Assembly: GCA_963737905.1 (NCBI GenBank)
Contig: CAVTUQ010000011.1
Location: forward strand, 56,924 to 120,923
DNA: 64,000 nucleotides
Reading direction: 5' to 3'
DNA from: an uncultured delta proteobacterium
GTDB taxonomy: Bacteria > Desulfobacterota > Binatia > UBA9968
The translations under genes were made by a program, and so were the position numbers. How positions within the stretch are numbered: position 1 is the stretch's first letter; each line of letters starts with the position of its first letter. Shown piece after piece: positions 48,315 through 58,749 of this stretch. The notes beneath the pieces were generated by a model. It saw nothing but the letters and a program-made list of their open reading frames with translations. It searched no databases and had not been told where the DNA came from.

Positions 48315-49316
48315 ATGGCACGAGCCACACCTAATCTCCGATTGGTTTCGGTCCCGCCAGCAGAGCTGAAGAGAGCCGAATCCGTCCTGGATCTGATCGG
48401 CGATACTCCTTTACTGGAAATCCGAAACCTCGCGGAAGGGCTGCCGGCCAGGGTTCGAATTTTTGCTAAACTGGAAGGATTCAATCCGGGCGGATCAGTT
48501 AAGGACCGGGCAGCATTGAGAATGGTCCAAGAGGGAATTCGTACTGGAAATCTTCGACCGGACAAGACAATTTTGGATTCCAGCTCGGGAAACACGGGGA
48601 TCGCACTTGCCATGATCGGTCGCGTGTTCGGCTATCCCGTGGAATTGGTGATTCCGGAAAACGTGAGCAGGGAACGGAAGCAAATCATTTATGCCTACGG
48701 CGCAAAGATCATCTATAGCGATCCGTTGGAAGGCTCCGATGGCGCCATCCGTCTCTGCAGAAAAATCCTCGCCGAAAGCCCCGATCGCTATTTCAAGCCG
48801 GATCAGTACTTTAATCCAATGAATCCTCAGGCCCATTATGAAACTACGGGTCCGGAAATCTATCGGCAAACTCAGCAAACCATTACCCATTTCATCGCGG
48901 GCATCGGCACGGGCGGAACCCTTATGGGCACGGGCCGATATCTCAAGGAGAGGAATCCAAACATAAGAATTATCGCAGTGGAGCCCGATGATGCACTTCA
49001 TGGCCTCGAAGGGCTCAAGCACATGGCCAGTTCCATTGTCCCCGGCATTTACAAGGAAGAAGAATTGGACGACAAGATCTCTGTTTCCACCGAGGACGCG
49101 TATGCGATGGTTTATCGTTTGAGCCAGGAAGAAGGAATTTTAGTTGGCCAGTCATCGGGCGCAGCCATGTTTGCGACTTTGAAGCTGGCACGCAAACTCC
49201 GCGAAGCCACACTCGTTACGGTATTCCCCGATTTCGGTGACAAATATCTCAGCACAAATCTCTGGGTCGGTTGGCGTGACCGGATGGCGGTCGGTAACCT
49301 GTCATTTTCCATCTAG
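48315..49316 (+). CDS. cysM: Cysteine synthase family PLP enzyme (CysM-like)
   Basis: IGDTPL, KLEGFNPGGSVKDR, SSGNTG, HYETTGPEI, GIGTGGT, GQSSGAA, FPDFGDKYLS. Confidence 0.88.
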   Translation: MARATPNLRLVSVPPAELKRAESVLDLIGDTPLLEIRNLAEGLPARVRIFAKLEGFNPGGSVKDRAALRMVQEGIRTGNLRPDKTILDSSSGNTGIALAMIGRVFGYPVELVIPENVSRERKQIIYAYGAKIIYSDPLEGSDGAIRLCRKILAESPDRYFKPDQYFNPMNPQAHYETTGPEIYRQTQQTITHFIAGIGTGGTLMGTGRYLKERNPNIRIIAVEPDDALHGLEGLKHMASSIVPGIYKEEELDDKISVSTEDAYAMVYRLSQEEGILVGQSSGAAMFATLKLARKLREATLVTVFPDFGDKYLSTNLWVGWRDRMAVGNLSFSI

Positions 49317-49340
49317 ATCCGAAATGGATCAGGGCAAATG

Positions 49341-49811
49341 TTATTGAGAGGTCGCTGAAATAGATAAGACCAAGACTCCGCCTTCATGCGGAGGGCCTCC
49401 CAGCAGAAAATTTCCCCCGTTTTTGAGCCGTACGGTCGTATCCACGACGGGTTTATCGCCATGCTGTAAACGCACTTTCAAGGCGAGCTGTTTGTTCCGA
49501 AACTCCTGAGGCGTTACAACGAGAGAGCGCCCGCCGGGAATATCAAATACGGCGTTCCCTTGCCAAGCAACGTTCTGAGTTTCCTCTTTGAGGAGTCGGT
49601 AAGAGCGATATTTCATGACCTTCAGCTGATTTTTCACCGTATTCAGCTTTGGATCGATTTCATCGCTTTGATTGCTGGCCAAGATCGTCCCAATCTTGAC
49701 GCGGACCGTCTGGGAAGTGTTTTCCGCGGAGTTTACAGGACAAGCCGCTGCGAGATACATCAGCCAACTAAAAAGAAGGGCTCGTTTCAGTAGTCTCCTC
49801 AGAGGACTCAT
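49341..49811 (-). CDS. Hypothetical exported protein, third gene of the ECF cassette
   Basis: Start reassigned to ATG 49811 (GAAGG RBS); signal-like N-terminus; YRSYRLL, LLGGP; overlaps the anti-sigma 3' end. Confidence 0.65.
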   Translation of the reverse strand: MSPLRRLLKRALLFSWLMYLAAACPVNSAENTSQTVRVKIGTILASNQSDEIDPKLNTVKNQLKVMKYRSYRLLKEETQNVAWQGNAVFDIPGGRSLVVTPQEFRNKQLALKVRLQHGDKPVVDTTVRLKNGGNFLLGGPPHEGGVLVLSISATSQ

Positions 49812-50301
49812 TTTCACCTTCTTGATTCTGATACAACCAAATGACAGTTGTTTTCGTTTCGTCCTCGCGCAACAACGCAACGCTGCGTCCGTGAGCGTCA
49901 ATAGATTCGACGGCTGCAAAGTTGTTTCGTTGTGGCCCCAGCTTCCAAAAGGAATCCAACGAAAGCACACCGAGTAGAATCACGATCACCGCGGGGACAG
50001 CCCAAGCGAGTCCCGGCCCTGCAAATATAGAGCGGGCCCATTCCCTGAGTTGTTCATGCCAACTCCGCTTTTCTGCGATTCGTTCTCGGACCCCCGCCCA
50101 GAACGGCTCGAAAGCAACCCGCGGCACGTTCGACACCCAAAGGTTCTTCAGCGAGGAGTGTAATTTCTCCAGTTCACGTCGCTCTCCGTCGCAGGGTCCG
50201 CAGCTTTCCAGATGCAAGCGAACCGCTTCGGCGTCGGATGCGCTTAACTCACCGTCCAGCCACACCCCCAGCGACTCTCTTGTGAACTTACAGTCTTTCA
50301 T
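49768..50301 (-). CDS. Zinc-binding (zf-HC2) membrane anti-sigma factor
   Basis: C...LDGEL...HLESCGPC motif, one TM helix; ATGA overlap with the sigma gene. Confidence 0.88.
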   Translation of the reverse strand: MKDCKFTRESLGVWLDGELSASDAEAVRLHLESCGPCDGERRELEKLHSSLKNLWVSNVPRVAFEPFWAGVRERIAEKRSWHEQLREWARSIFAGPGLAWAVPAVIVILLGVLSLDSFWKLGPQRNNFAAVESIDAHGRSVALLREDETKTTVIWLYQNQEGENESSEETTETSPSF

Positions 50302-50852
50302 AAAAACGCGCTTAACTTTTCCTGAAGCTTTTTCCGTGCGTAATGAAGGCGGCTCATGACGGTTCCTTCAGAGCAGCCCAAAATCTCTCCGATATCTTTG
50401 TAGGAAAGACCCTCGACAGTTCTTAGTATGATGACGGCCTTGTGTTCTGGAGTCAAATCGTTTATCGCGGCAACCAGTTTTTCTCTCAGTTCTCGATCGT
50501 GAACATCCGAAAATGGGTCCTTAGCCACTTCATTTTGCTCCTCCAAGATTCCATCCATGGTTTCCCGAAAATCCAGCGGGTTTCTTTTCTGCCGCCGCTG
50601 CGAGTCAATCGCAATATTTACGGCGATACGGTAGAGCCAAGTATAGAAGGAAGACCCGCCTTGAAAACTCTTGATTTTTCTATAGGCTCGAAAAAAGGCT
50701 TCTTGAGCGACCTCTAGAGCATCCTCCCGGTTACGGAGCAAACCGACGATCACAACATAAATTTTTTGGTGATATCTCAAGACAAGTTCCTGGAAGGCCC
50801 CCATCTCTCCGGCCTGGCACTTCTGGACCAGCTCCCAGTCGCTTGACTCCAC
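50298..50852 (-). CDS. rpoE: ECF RNA polymerase sigma factor
   Basis: AFQELV.RY, DALEVAQEAF, FYTWLYRIAVN, GLSYKDI, GTVMSRLHYARKKL. Confidence 0.92.
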   Translation of the reverse strand: MESSDWELVQKCQAGEMGAFQELVLRYHQKIYVVIVGLLRNREDALEVAQEAFFRAYRKIKSFQGGSSFYTWLYRIAVNIAIDSQRRQKRNPLDFRETMDGILEEQNEVAKDPFSDVHDRELREKLVAAINDLTPEHKAVIILRTVEGLSYKDIGEILGCSEGTVMSRLHYARKKLQEKLSAFL

Positions 50853-51021
50853 AATAGCCCTACTTTTTAGACGTCTCCCGCAGAAGTTTATTCAGCGCTT
50901 ATCGGTGATAACCAGATGATTTAGTGCAAGAAACTTGAATTTTTCGCGTATTCCCTTAAAATCAGATTGATTTCCTTACACTTTCAGCACCTGGCCTCTC
51001 GATCAAACAGAGGACTCATTT

Positions 51022-51987
51022 ATGATTGTTCGCTGCCCGAGTTGCAAGACCACCTACAAAGTAGCCGACGCCCTGGTGAAAGATACGAACCCGGCGTTTC
51101 GTTGTTCCCGTTGCAAGTATACCTTCGAGCGTGAGTCGGTGGAGACACCCGAAAAAGCTGTCGACAGAACACACTCCCCGGAGCAGCTCTTTTCAAAAAC
51201 CCCGGTAGAGCAGGAATTGACCTTTACTTTCGCTTCCAAAAAACAAGACGGAGAAACTCAAAAAGAATTCATCAATCCGCCAAGGCAAAGCTTCGAATTT
51301 CCGGCCAGAGATCAAGGCGAGCCTATGAGTACCGTTGAATCAACGCCCGATGAACCTGAAGGCATTTCACCTCAACCGTCTCTGTCCCAACCGCTTCCAC
51401 CGGCCCGGGAAACGACAGATAACGTCCTGTCCCTTGAACCCTATCGTGACCAGCCCGCTTCCACCGTGCCTTTTCTAACTCTCTTTGGGCTCCTTCTAAT
51501 GCTGTTTGCGTTCGCGACAGCCTTTCATGTGGCCCACCCCAAAGCCTCGGAGGAAATCGTAAGGTCGATTCCTTTGGTGGGACCGGCCGTGCTCAAGAAT
51601 AATCGTCTTAAAAACGGCGTTGCGCTCCAATCCCTGCGCGTGGGTCACCAAACAATCCAAGGGAACCGGGAGGTCCTGGTGGTTACCGGGATCGCCCAGA
51701 ACCAGAACCCAGTTGTCATTCGCGAAGTTCGCGTTGCCGGCCAACTCTACAATTTAGACGGAAAAGAAATAGAGCACCAGGTGATCTGGATTGGCAATGC
51801 CATCTCGTCCAGAATCATCCGCGGGATGACGGTGCAGGACATTTCCGATCTTCAACGTCTCAAACCCCTGAAGAATTTCGAAATACCCCCGGGAGACTCG
51901 ATTCCGTTCACTATCGTTTTTTTGAAATCAACGAAAGAAATAAGACACTTCACCTGCGAAGTCCTTGGAGCTGAAGGTGTCGCATAG
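51022..51987 (+). CDS. Zinc-ribbon (MJ0042-type) / DUF3426-like membrane-anchored protein
   Basis: CPSC...RCSRC, low-complexity linker, one TM, C-terminal beta domain (VVTG...N, IPPGDSIPFTIVF). Confidence 0.8.
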   Translation: MIVRCPSCKTTYKVADALVKDTNPAFRCSRCKYTFERESVETPEKAVDRTHSPEQLFSKTPVEQELTFTFASKKQDGETQKEFINPPRQSFEFPARDQGEPMSTVESTPDEPEGISPQPSLSQPLPPARETTDNVLSLEPYRDQPASTVPFLTLFGLLLMLFAFATAFHVAHPKASEEIVRSIPLVGPAVLKNNRLKNGVALQSLRVGHQTIQGNREVLVVTGIAQNQNPVVIREVRVAGQLYNLDGKEIEHQVIWIGNAISSRIIRGMTVQDISDLQRLKPLKNFEIPPGDSIPFTIVFLKSTKEIRHFTCEVLGAEGVA

Positions 51988-51992
51988 AGAAG

Positions 51993-52184
51993 TCATTCCT
52001 TAGAGCCGTTTTTGCCAGGGTTCTCTTTTGGCGTGATATCGATCTCGTCTGGTTCTTTGACAGCCTTGCGAAATTTTCTAATCGCAGCGCCAAAGCTTTC
52101 ACCAAGATCAGGCAACCGGCGATTAAATAGAACCACGACAATGATGAGAATGACCAGCAACTCACCGATTCCCAGACCGAACAT
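51993..52184 (-). CDS. tatA: Twin-arginine translocase TatA/E
   Basis: MFGLGIGELLVIL..VVLF...LPDLG...G.AIRKFRKA. Confidence 0.9.
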   Translation of the reverse strand: MFGLGIGELLVILIIVVVLFNRRLPDLGESFGAAIRKFRKAVKEPDEIDITPKENPGKNGSKE

Positions 52185-52275
52185 GCTTCCCCCTTATGAG
52201 CAATCTAATTGACCCAGCCTTTCATTTGCAACCCATTATTTGCCAAGTGTGCGGGTCGTGAAGTAGTATACTTCT

Positions 52276-53076
52276 GTGGCTTATCTGAGTACTCCTCTGC
52301 TACGTTTCTTTGCCGCTTCCCTCGCCCTCCATCTCCTCTTGCTGCTGTTATGGGCAAACCCTCCGGTTCGCTCTAGAGCCCAAGAATCCATCTCTGTTTC
52401 TCTGCTTCCTCCCCCACCTCCGGAGGAAAGTACTAGCAAACCCGCCGCTCCCGCTGCGAGAGAAGCCCCCCGCCGCCCATTAAAGGCACCTCCTGCCAAG
52501 ATCGCCAAAAAAAACTCGCCGCTCCTCCGACAGCAGACCTCGATCCCTAAACAAAAGACCGTCGCCCCACAAGAACTACCCGCACAAAAAGAGCAACCAC
52601 GAGAAGAAACTCGTCCTCCTACGCGAGAACAGATCCCGGACAAGGCCATCATCGCCGAGCGGCCTTTGCCGACTCTCAAAGAACTACTTCCGCCGGTGGG
52701 TTGGTCGGCCGACGCAAGAGGCCGCGGGACTGAGGGGGCGGTCCGGCTCGACACGAAAGATCCTCAGTACGTTACCTATTTTAACAGCATCAAGCGGGCG
52801 ATCGAAGTGGTGTGGCAATATCCAGAACTTGCACTCCGGTATGGACTCCAGGGACGACTTCTATTGGAATTCTCTATTCTTGGTAACGGGGACCTCGATA
52901 ACGCAAAGATTGTCCGCTCCTCAGGGTCCAACTTACTTGATGAAGAAGCATTGCGCGCGGTCAGAGCCGCCGCCCCATTTGGCCCTATACCGCCCTGGCT
53001 TGGCAGAAACCGAATCGACATCGTTGCAAGCTTTGAGTATTTGGACAACCGTTTGAATTACCGTGTCATGCCCTAA
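52276..53076 (+). CDS. TonB-family energy transducer
   Basis: SLALH TM motif, Pro-rich linker, WQYPELA..GLQG, RSSG..LLDEEAL.AV..AAPF. Confidence 0.88.
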   Translation: MAYLSTPLLRFFAASLALHLLLLLLWANPPVRSRAQESISVSLLPPPPPEESTSKPAAPAAREAPRRPLKAPPAKIAKKNSPLLRQQTSIPKQKTVAPQELPAQKEQPREETRPPTREQIPDKAIIAERPLPTLKELLPPVGWSADARGRGTEGAVRLDTKDPQYVTYFNSIKRAIEVVWQYPELALRYGLQGRLLLEFSILGNGDLDNAKIVRSSGSNLLDEEALRAVRAAAPFGPIPPWLGRNRIDIVASFEYLDNRLNYRVMP

Positions 53077-53121
53077 ACGGGCGGCAAGTGCGTCAGGCAC
53101 TAGAAGCAAAGAATCGGCGAA

Positions 53122-54600
53122 TTATTCGACCCCACCCTGAGCTGGATCCCACCTCAAAATCGGTTTTCTAGCGGCTCTGGCTTCATCGAGACGCCTGACC
53201 GGTGTCGAGTGAGGCGCGGTTTTGACGACGTCGGGATTCTCTTTGGCTTCCTGTGCGATGGCGAGCATCGCTTCCACGAACGCATCCAACGTTTCCGGAG
53301 TCTCGGTTTCGGTGGGTTCAATCATGAGCGCGCCGGAAACAACTAACGGGAAGTAGATCGTAGGCGGATGAAACCCGTAATCCAAAAGACGCTTGGCTAT
53401 ATCGAGAGTGCTGACCCCATATTTGTGCTGGTGCCGATCCGTAAAAATGCATTCGTGCATACACGGCTCCCCATAGGCGATCTGATAACTCTTTTCCAAC
53501 TTCTTACGAATATAATTCGCGTTGAGAAGCGCCATCCGACTCGACTCCTCAAGCCCTCCCCCACCTAGGGAAATGATGTAGGTGTAGGCGCGGACCAGGA
53601 TACCGAAATTACCAAAGAAGGATCGCACCCGTCCGATCGACTTGGGACAATCCTCAAGCAATTTGAACTCGTGATTTTGCCTAACAATCCGCGGCACGGG
53701 CAAGTACTCAGATAGCCCTTCTTTGACCGCTACGGGCCCTGCACCCGGACCGCCTCCCCCGTGGGGCGTGGAAAAGGTCTTATGAAGGTTCATATGAAGA
53801 ACGTCAACCCCCATGTGGCCGGGTTTCGCGATACCCATCAACGCGTTCAGGTTCGCACCGTCGAGATAAAGCAATCCTCCCTTCGCATGGACGACCGCAG
53901 CGATGGCCTCAATATCTCCTTCGAAAAGCCCTAGGGTGTTGGGGTTCGTAATCATTACAGCGGCGACCTCCTCATCCATCACTTTCGCAACCGTCGCCGC
54001 GTCGATGATACCTCGCGCCGTGGAAGAAATTTGAACAACGTCGTAGCCGCAAAGAGTCGAGCTGGCGGGATTGGTTCCGTGCGCTGTGTCTGGGACGATA
54101 ATTTTCTTACGCGGATTTCCTTTCTCAGTTAAACAGGCGCGAATCAACATCAATCCTGTGAGTTCGCCCTGAGCGCCCGCGGAGGGCTGCAAACTGATGC
54201 CGTCCATCCCACTGATTTCGATAAGCATGCGTTCGAGGTCATACAGTAGCTCCATGGCACCTTGAAGAATCTCGACGGGAGCCAGCGGATGAATTTGGGC
54301 AAACCCTGTAAATCGCGCCGTCACCTCATTGACCTTCGGATTGTATTTCATGGTGCAGGACCCCAGTGGATAGAACTGGCTCTCAATGGCGAAATTTCGA
54401 TGCGAGAGGCGTGTAAAATGGCGCAACACTTCCAACTCTCCCAATTCGGGAAAGCCGGGAAGATCCTCGCGCTGGAACGCCGCGGGAATCAGCGTTTGGC
54501 CTTTTTCACTCTCCGCGGGCCAATAAAGACCACTCCTCCCGGGTGACCCGCTTTCGAAAAGAAGTTTCGGGACGCCCACTTCAGTCTGCGGTTTAGTCAC
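53122..54600 (-). CDS. gcvPB: Glycine dehydrogenase (decarboxylating) subunit 2 (start uncertain, 54600-54639)
   Basis: YPLGSCTMKYNP, QPSAGAQGE, AHGTNPAS, HKTFSTPHGGGGPG, MIEPTETE. Confidence 0.95.
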   Translation of the reverse strand: MTKPQTEVGVPKLLFESGSPGRSGLYWPAESEKGQTLIPAAFQREDLPGFPELGELEVLRHFTRLSHRNFAIESQFYPLGSCTMKYNPKVNEVTARFTGFAQIHPLAPVEILQGAMELLYDLERMLIEISGMDGISLQPSAGAQGELTGLMLIRACLTEKGNPRKKIIVPDTAHGTNPASSTLCGYDVVQISSTARGIIDAATVAKVMDEEVAAVMITNPNTLGLFEGDIEAIAAVVHAKGGLLYLDGANLNALMGIAKPGHMGVDVLHMNLHKTFSTPHGGGGPGAGPVAVKEGLSEYLPVPRIVRQNHEFKLLEDCPKSIGRVRSFFGNFGILVRAYTYIISLGGGGLEESSRMALLNANYIRKKLEKSYQIAYGEPCMHECIFTDRHQHKYGVSTLDIAKRLLDYGFHPPTIYFPLVVSGALMIEPTETETPETLDAFVEAMLAIAQEAKENPDVVKTAPHSTPVRRLDEARAARKPILRWDPAQGGVE

Positions 54601-55939
54601 TGATGACTCGGACAAGACGTTCAATCTCCTCTCTCTCATTCATTTCCGTTACACAGACGAGCAAGCAGTCATTGAGTTCCGGATACCATTGGCCCAGGGG
54701 TACGCCGGGGACAATTCGCTCCGCGGCGCAACGGCGCAAAAGACTCTCCAAGTTGCTCGCGCGCAGAACAAATTCATTGAAGAAAGCTCCGGAAAAGCAA
54801 GCTTCGATCTGCGGGCGGCTAATGAGACGATCCCGCGCATCGTGCGCGCGCGATACATTGACCTCTGCAAGCCGGCGCATGCCGCTCTTTCCCAAAAGGG
54901 ACATAAAGACAGTTGAGGCAAGCGTACATAAGGTTTGACTGGTACAGATATTGGACGTCGCCTTCTCCCGGCGGATATGCTGCTCACGGGTAGCCAGGGT
55001 CAACACGAACCCGCGCCGACCTTCCGTGTCGACGGTCTCTCCTACCAAACGACCCGGCAGGCTACGCACAAACTTTTTCTGAGAGGCGAAGAAACCATAG
55101 CCCGGGCCGCCCAATGTCATCGGAACGCCCAAACTCTGTCCCTCGCCCACCGCAATATCCGCACCCCATGCCCCGGGGGGCTTTAGGAGACCTAACGCCA
55201 AGGGTTCCGGTGTTACGGTAATGAGCTGGACGTCGTGCGCCGCGCAAGCGGCTTGAATCGGGGCCAGGTCCTCGATGATACCGAAGAAATTGGGATAGCC
55301 TACGATGACGCACATCGACTGATGATCAAGTTTGCGCGTGAGTTCTGCCACGTCCGTCGCCCCGCTAGCGTCGAACGGAATCTCATCTAGCTGCATGTCA
55401 TCTAAATTCTTCAAGTACGTCGCTATAACCGCGCGATAGTGGGGATGCAGCGCTCTGGACATCAAGACTCGCCGTCGGCTCAGGGGCTGGATACGACGCG
55501 ACATAAGGACCGCTTCGGCCGCCGCGGACGCCCCGTCATAAACTCCGGCATTGGATATTTCCATCTGGGTGAGCTGACAGATCAAAGTCTGATATTCGAA
55601 CAGAGCCTGGAGAGTACCTTGGCTGACTTCCGGCTGGTAAGGCGTATAAGAAGTAGCAAACTCCGAACGGGAGATGACGGCATCCACAGCGCTGGGTATG
55701 AAATGATGATAGATCCCCCCTCCGAGAAAAAAACTCCAGTCCAACGCAGTGGCATTCCTCGACGCTAGCGCCGCTAGACGGCGGCGAACCTCCAGCTCGG
55801 TTAAACCTCCGGGAAGGTCGATCTTTGCACGATTGCGGAGCGTTTCGGGGATGTGACGGTACAGCTCCTCGATGGCATCGATTCCAATTGTGCGGAGCAT
55901 CTGCTCCTGATCGGAAGGGGTGTGGGGCGTGTAGCGCAT
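54593..55939 (-). CDS. gcvPA: Glycine dehydrogenase (decarboxylating) subunit 1
   Basis: MRYTPHT, YTPYQPEVSQG, YDGASAAAEA, TREQHIRREKATSNIC. Confidence 0.95.
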   Translation of the reverse strand: MRYTPHTPSDQEQMLRTIGIDAIEELYRHIPETLRNRAKIDLPGGLTELEVRRRLAALASRNATALDWSFFLGGGIYHHFIPSAVDAVISRSEFATSYTPYQPEVSQGTLQALFEYQTLICQLTQMEISNAGVYDGASAAAEAVLMSRRIQPLSRRRVLMSRALHPHYRAVIATYLKNLDDMQLDEIPFDASGATDVAELTRKLDHQSMCVIVGYPNFFGIIEDLAPIQAACAAHDVQLITVTPEPLALGLLKPPGAWGADIAVGEGQSLGVPMTLGGPGYGFFASQKKFVRSLPGRLVGETVDTEGRRGFVLTLATREQHIRREKATSNICTSQTLCTLASTVFMSLLGKSGMRRLAEVNVSRAHDARDRLISRPQIEACFSGAFFNEFVLRASNLESLLRRCAAERIVPGVPLGQWYPELNDCLLVCVTEMNEREEIERLVRVISD

Positions 55940-55947
55940 TCGTGGAG

Positions 55948-56397
55948 TTATTCCTCCTCCTCGTCCTCCCCTTCGTCTTCTTCGTCCTCCTCGTCCTCGT
56001 CGTCCTCCTCCTTTTGCTGCTCTACGTATTCCGCGTATTCCTCTGCAGTCATGAGATCCTTGAGGTCCTCTTCATCCGTCATTTCAACGCGAATCATCCA
56101 TCCATCGCCATAGGGATCGTCGTTAATCGTTTCTGGGTTGTCCGGCAGCACATCGTTCACTTCAAGAACCGTTCCACCCACTGGTGCGTAAACGTCGGAG
56201 ACCGCTTTAACCGACTCGACGGCTCCGAACGGATCATCTTTGACAACCTTTTCCCCTACCTCCGGCAGTTCCACATAGACGATATCGCCTAGTTCTTCTT
56301 GGGCGAACTCTGTGATGCCGATCGTGGCGGTCGTGCCTTCGACCAGCACCCACTCATGTTCTTTGGAATATTTTAGGCCTTCGGGAAACTCCATCAC
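55948..56397 (-). CDS. gcvH: Glycine cleavage H protein with a long acidic tail
   Basis: [29 protein letters not shown] (lipoyl Lys), DPYGDGW. Confidence 0.96.
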   Translation of the reverse strand: MMEFPEGLKYSKEHEWVLVEGTTATIGITEFAQEELGDIVYVELPEVGEKVVKDDPFGAVESVKAVSDVYAPVGGTVLEVNDVLPDNPETINDDPYGDGWMIRVEMTDEEDLKDLMTAEEYAEYVEQQKEEDDEDEEDEEDEGEDEEEE

Positions 56398-56431
56398 TAA
56401 CCTCCTTAAACATTGCGCAATGCTTCCGTCG

Positions 56432-57523
56432 TTACCGCCGGTAAAACGGCAAAGGAACTATTTTGGTGCGAGCTTTTCGCCCACGAATTTCCACTTCAAT
56501 TGTGTTGTCCAGTAGCGCTTCTTCGATGGTCACATAGGCGAGGGCAATCGCTTTCCCGAGCGTGGGAGACTTCGTGCCACTCGTTACGCGACCGATGGAT
56601 CTCCCATTCTTAAATAGAGGATACTCACTGCGCGCAATCCCCGGCTCCAAGAGTTCCAAGCCGACGAGCTTACGCCGGATTCCTTCCTCTTTCTGTTTGA
56701 GCAGGACTTCACGCCCCACGAACGGCCCTTTTGCCAACTTCGTCACCCACTCCAAACCGGCTTCCAGCGGCGTGGTCGTATCGTCCAACTCGTGGCCGTA
56801 CAACGGGTAAGCCTTTTCCAACCGGAGCGTGTCGCGGGCACCTAGACCCGCGGGTTCAAGCTCCATCGGCTCCCCACTCTTGAGTAGCGCATTCCATAAT
56901 CGCTCCGCCTCCGCGGAGCCGCAATACACCTCAAAGCCATCTTCCCCGGTGTAGCCCGTACGCGCTACAAGGCACCGGATCGACGATACATCTCCGAATG
57001 CGAAAAAGAAGGGTTTCATTTCACTCAGCCGGAGGGAGGTCAATGGCTGCAAGATCTTTTCAGCCAGCGGACCTTGGAGGGCCAGCTGAGCATAGCGAGA
57101 ACTGGCGTTTTCCAACTCCACGTTGCCTTCTGCCTGCTTCTCGATCCACGCGAAATCCTTATCACTGTTCGACGCATTGACACAGATTAAGAAATAGTTG
57201 GGCTCGATCTTGTAAAAAATAACGTCATCCACGATCCCGCCCTTTTCGTTCATGAGGAGATTGTACTGCGCCTGTTGCAGGTTGATCCGCGAGACGTCAT
57301 TCGCCGATATTTTTTGACATAACTCCAGCGCGCCAGGACCACGAATTTCAATTTCGCCCATGTGACTGACGTCAAAAAGGCCTGCCCGTGTCCGAACCGC
57401 CACATGTTCGTCAATCACGCCGCGATATTGAACCGGCATCTCCCAGCCAGCAAACTCCACCATCTTCGCGCCCGCGCGTTTATGCGCGCCGTAGAGCGGA
57501 GTCCTTTTTGTTCCTTGCGCCAC
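56432..57523 (-). CDS. gcvT: Glycine cleavage aminomethyltransferase T
   Basis: [39 protein letters not shown]. Confidence 0.96.
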   Translation of the reverse strand: MAQGTKRTPLYGAHKRAGAKMVEFAGWEMPVQYRGVIDEHVAVRTRAGLFDVSHMGEIEIRGPGALELCQKISANDVSRINLQQAQYNLLMNEKGGIVDDVIFYKIEPNYFLICVNASNSDKDFAWIEKQAEGNVELENASSRYAQLALQGPLAEKILQPLTSLRLSEMKPFFFAFGDVSSIRCLVARTGYTGEDGFEVYCGSAEAERLWNALLKSGEPMELEPAGLGARDTLRLEKAYPLYGHELDDTTTPLEAGLEWVTKLAKGPFVGREVLLKQKEEGIRRKLVGLELLEPGIARSEYPLFKNGRSIGRVTSGTKSPTLGKAIALAYVTIEEALLDNTIEVEIRGRKARTKIVPLPFYRR

Positions 57524-57553
57524 TTTGTTCTCAAATCCCGACGAGCGGTCCTT

Positions 57554-58414
57554 CTACCTTTCCCGCTGGAGAGAGTCCTTGGCTGCCTTTAGCGTGTTGT
57601 AGAGAAGCATGCAGATCGTCATCGGACCGACGCCGCCGGGAACCGGCGTAATCCATGCAGCCCGCTCCTTGGCCGTTTCAAACTCTACATCGCCCGACAA
57701 CTTTCCGCTCGGGAGGCGATTCACTCCCACATCGATCACAACGGCACCGGGCTTGACCCAGTCGCCCCGCACTAAACCCGCCTTGCCGATGGCAACGACC
57801 AGAATGTCGGCGCGCGCCACCTCGTCCCGCAGGCTTACCGTCCGTGAATGACAAATCGTCACCGTTGCGTGCCGCTCGAGCAGCATGAGCGCCACCGGCT
57901 TGCCGACGATATTGCTGCGACCCACAACCACGGCATTCTTTCCCTTGGGATCGCAACTGACTGATTCCAAAAGCTTCATGATTCCCATGGGGGTGCAGGG
58001 CTTGAAGCCATCACCGCCCAGCAGCAACATTCCCTGACTGACGGGGTGAAAACCATCCACGTCTTTGTGCGCAGAAACCGCTTCGAGAATCTTCTCTGAT
58101 CGAATATGAGCGGGCAAAGGAAGCTGGACCAGGATACCGTGGACATTTTTGTCTTTATTGAGACTGTGAACCAGCCCCAACAACTCCCTCTCGGATACCG
58201 TCGCGGGAAGCAAATGTTCGTAAGACTTTATCCCCACTTCTTTGCAGGCTTTTTCTTTGTTCTTCACATAAATGTGAGAGCCCGGATCATCCCCAACCAA
58301 CACCACACCCAGTCCGGGTACCAGCCCCCAACGTCGCTCAAGCCCCTCCACGTCTTCTTTGATTTGTTTCTGCACTTCTTTGGCGACAGCTTTACCGTCT
58401 ATGATCGATGCCAT
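57554..58414 (-). CDS. folD: Methylene-THF dehydrogenase/cyclohydrolase
   Basis: [45 protein letters not shown]. Confidence 0.97.
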   Translation of the reverse strand: MASIIDGKAVAKEVQKQIKEDVEGLERRWGLVPGLGVVLVGDDPGSHIYVKNKEKACKEVGIKSYEHLLPATVSERELLGLVHSLNKDKNVHGILVQLPLPAHIRSEKILEAVSAHKDVDGFHPVSQGMLLLGGDGFKPCTPMGIMKLLESVSCDPKGKNAVVVGRSNIVGKPVALMLLERHATVTICHSRTVSLRDEVARADILVVAIGKAGLVRGDWVKPGAVVIDVGVNRLPSGKLSGDVEFETAKERAAWITPVPGGVGPMTICMLLYNTLKAAKDSLQRER

Positions 58415-58749
58415 GATTTACTCCGTAGCAAAGGATTGAAAAAACCTATACCGAAAAATTTTTTTTTGTAAAGACAGGACGTTCTTATTGGCATGACATG
58501 GAGACACCCAAAGGTCAACCCCCAAAACTCTATTCTACGGTTGGTTAAATCAACGAACTCAATCAGCAAATTGCCCTAAGCAAAACTCTAGAATCTCGCG
58601 GCCAAAACCATGTTTGCAGCCGAGTGGACCAGACGTATAAACAACAGGTTTCCAGGGAGAAATAGCCGCCGCCGGGAATCTATCTTTCTTTGCTGGCTTC
58701 TGATAAGAAATGGCAAATTCAATAGTAACGAATGAAAACAGGAAGCGCT

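Noticed and set aside
57524-58731. Glycine riboswitch upstream of gcvT or folD
   Set aside because: The folD-gcvT gap is only 30 nt, and no aptamer consensus is visible upstream of folD.
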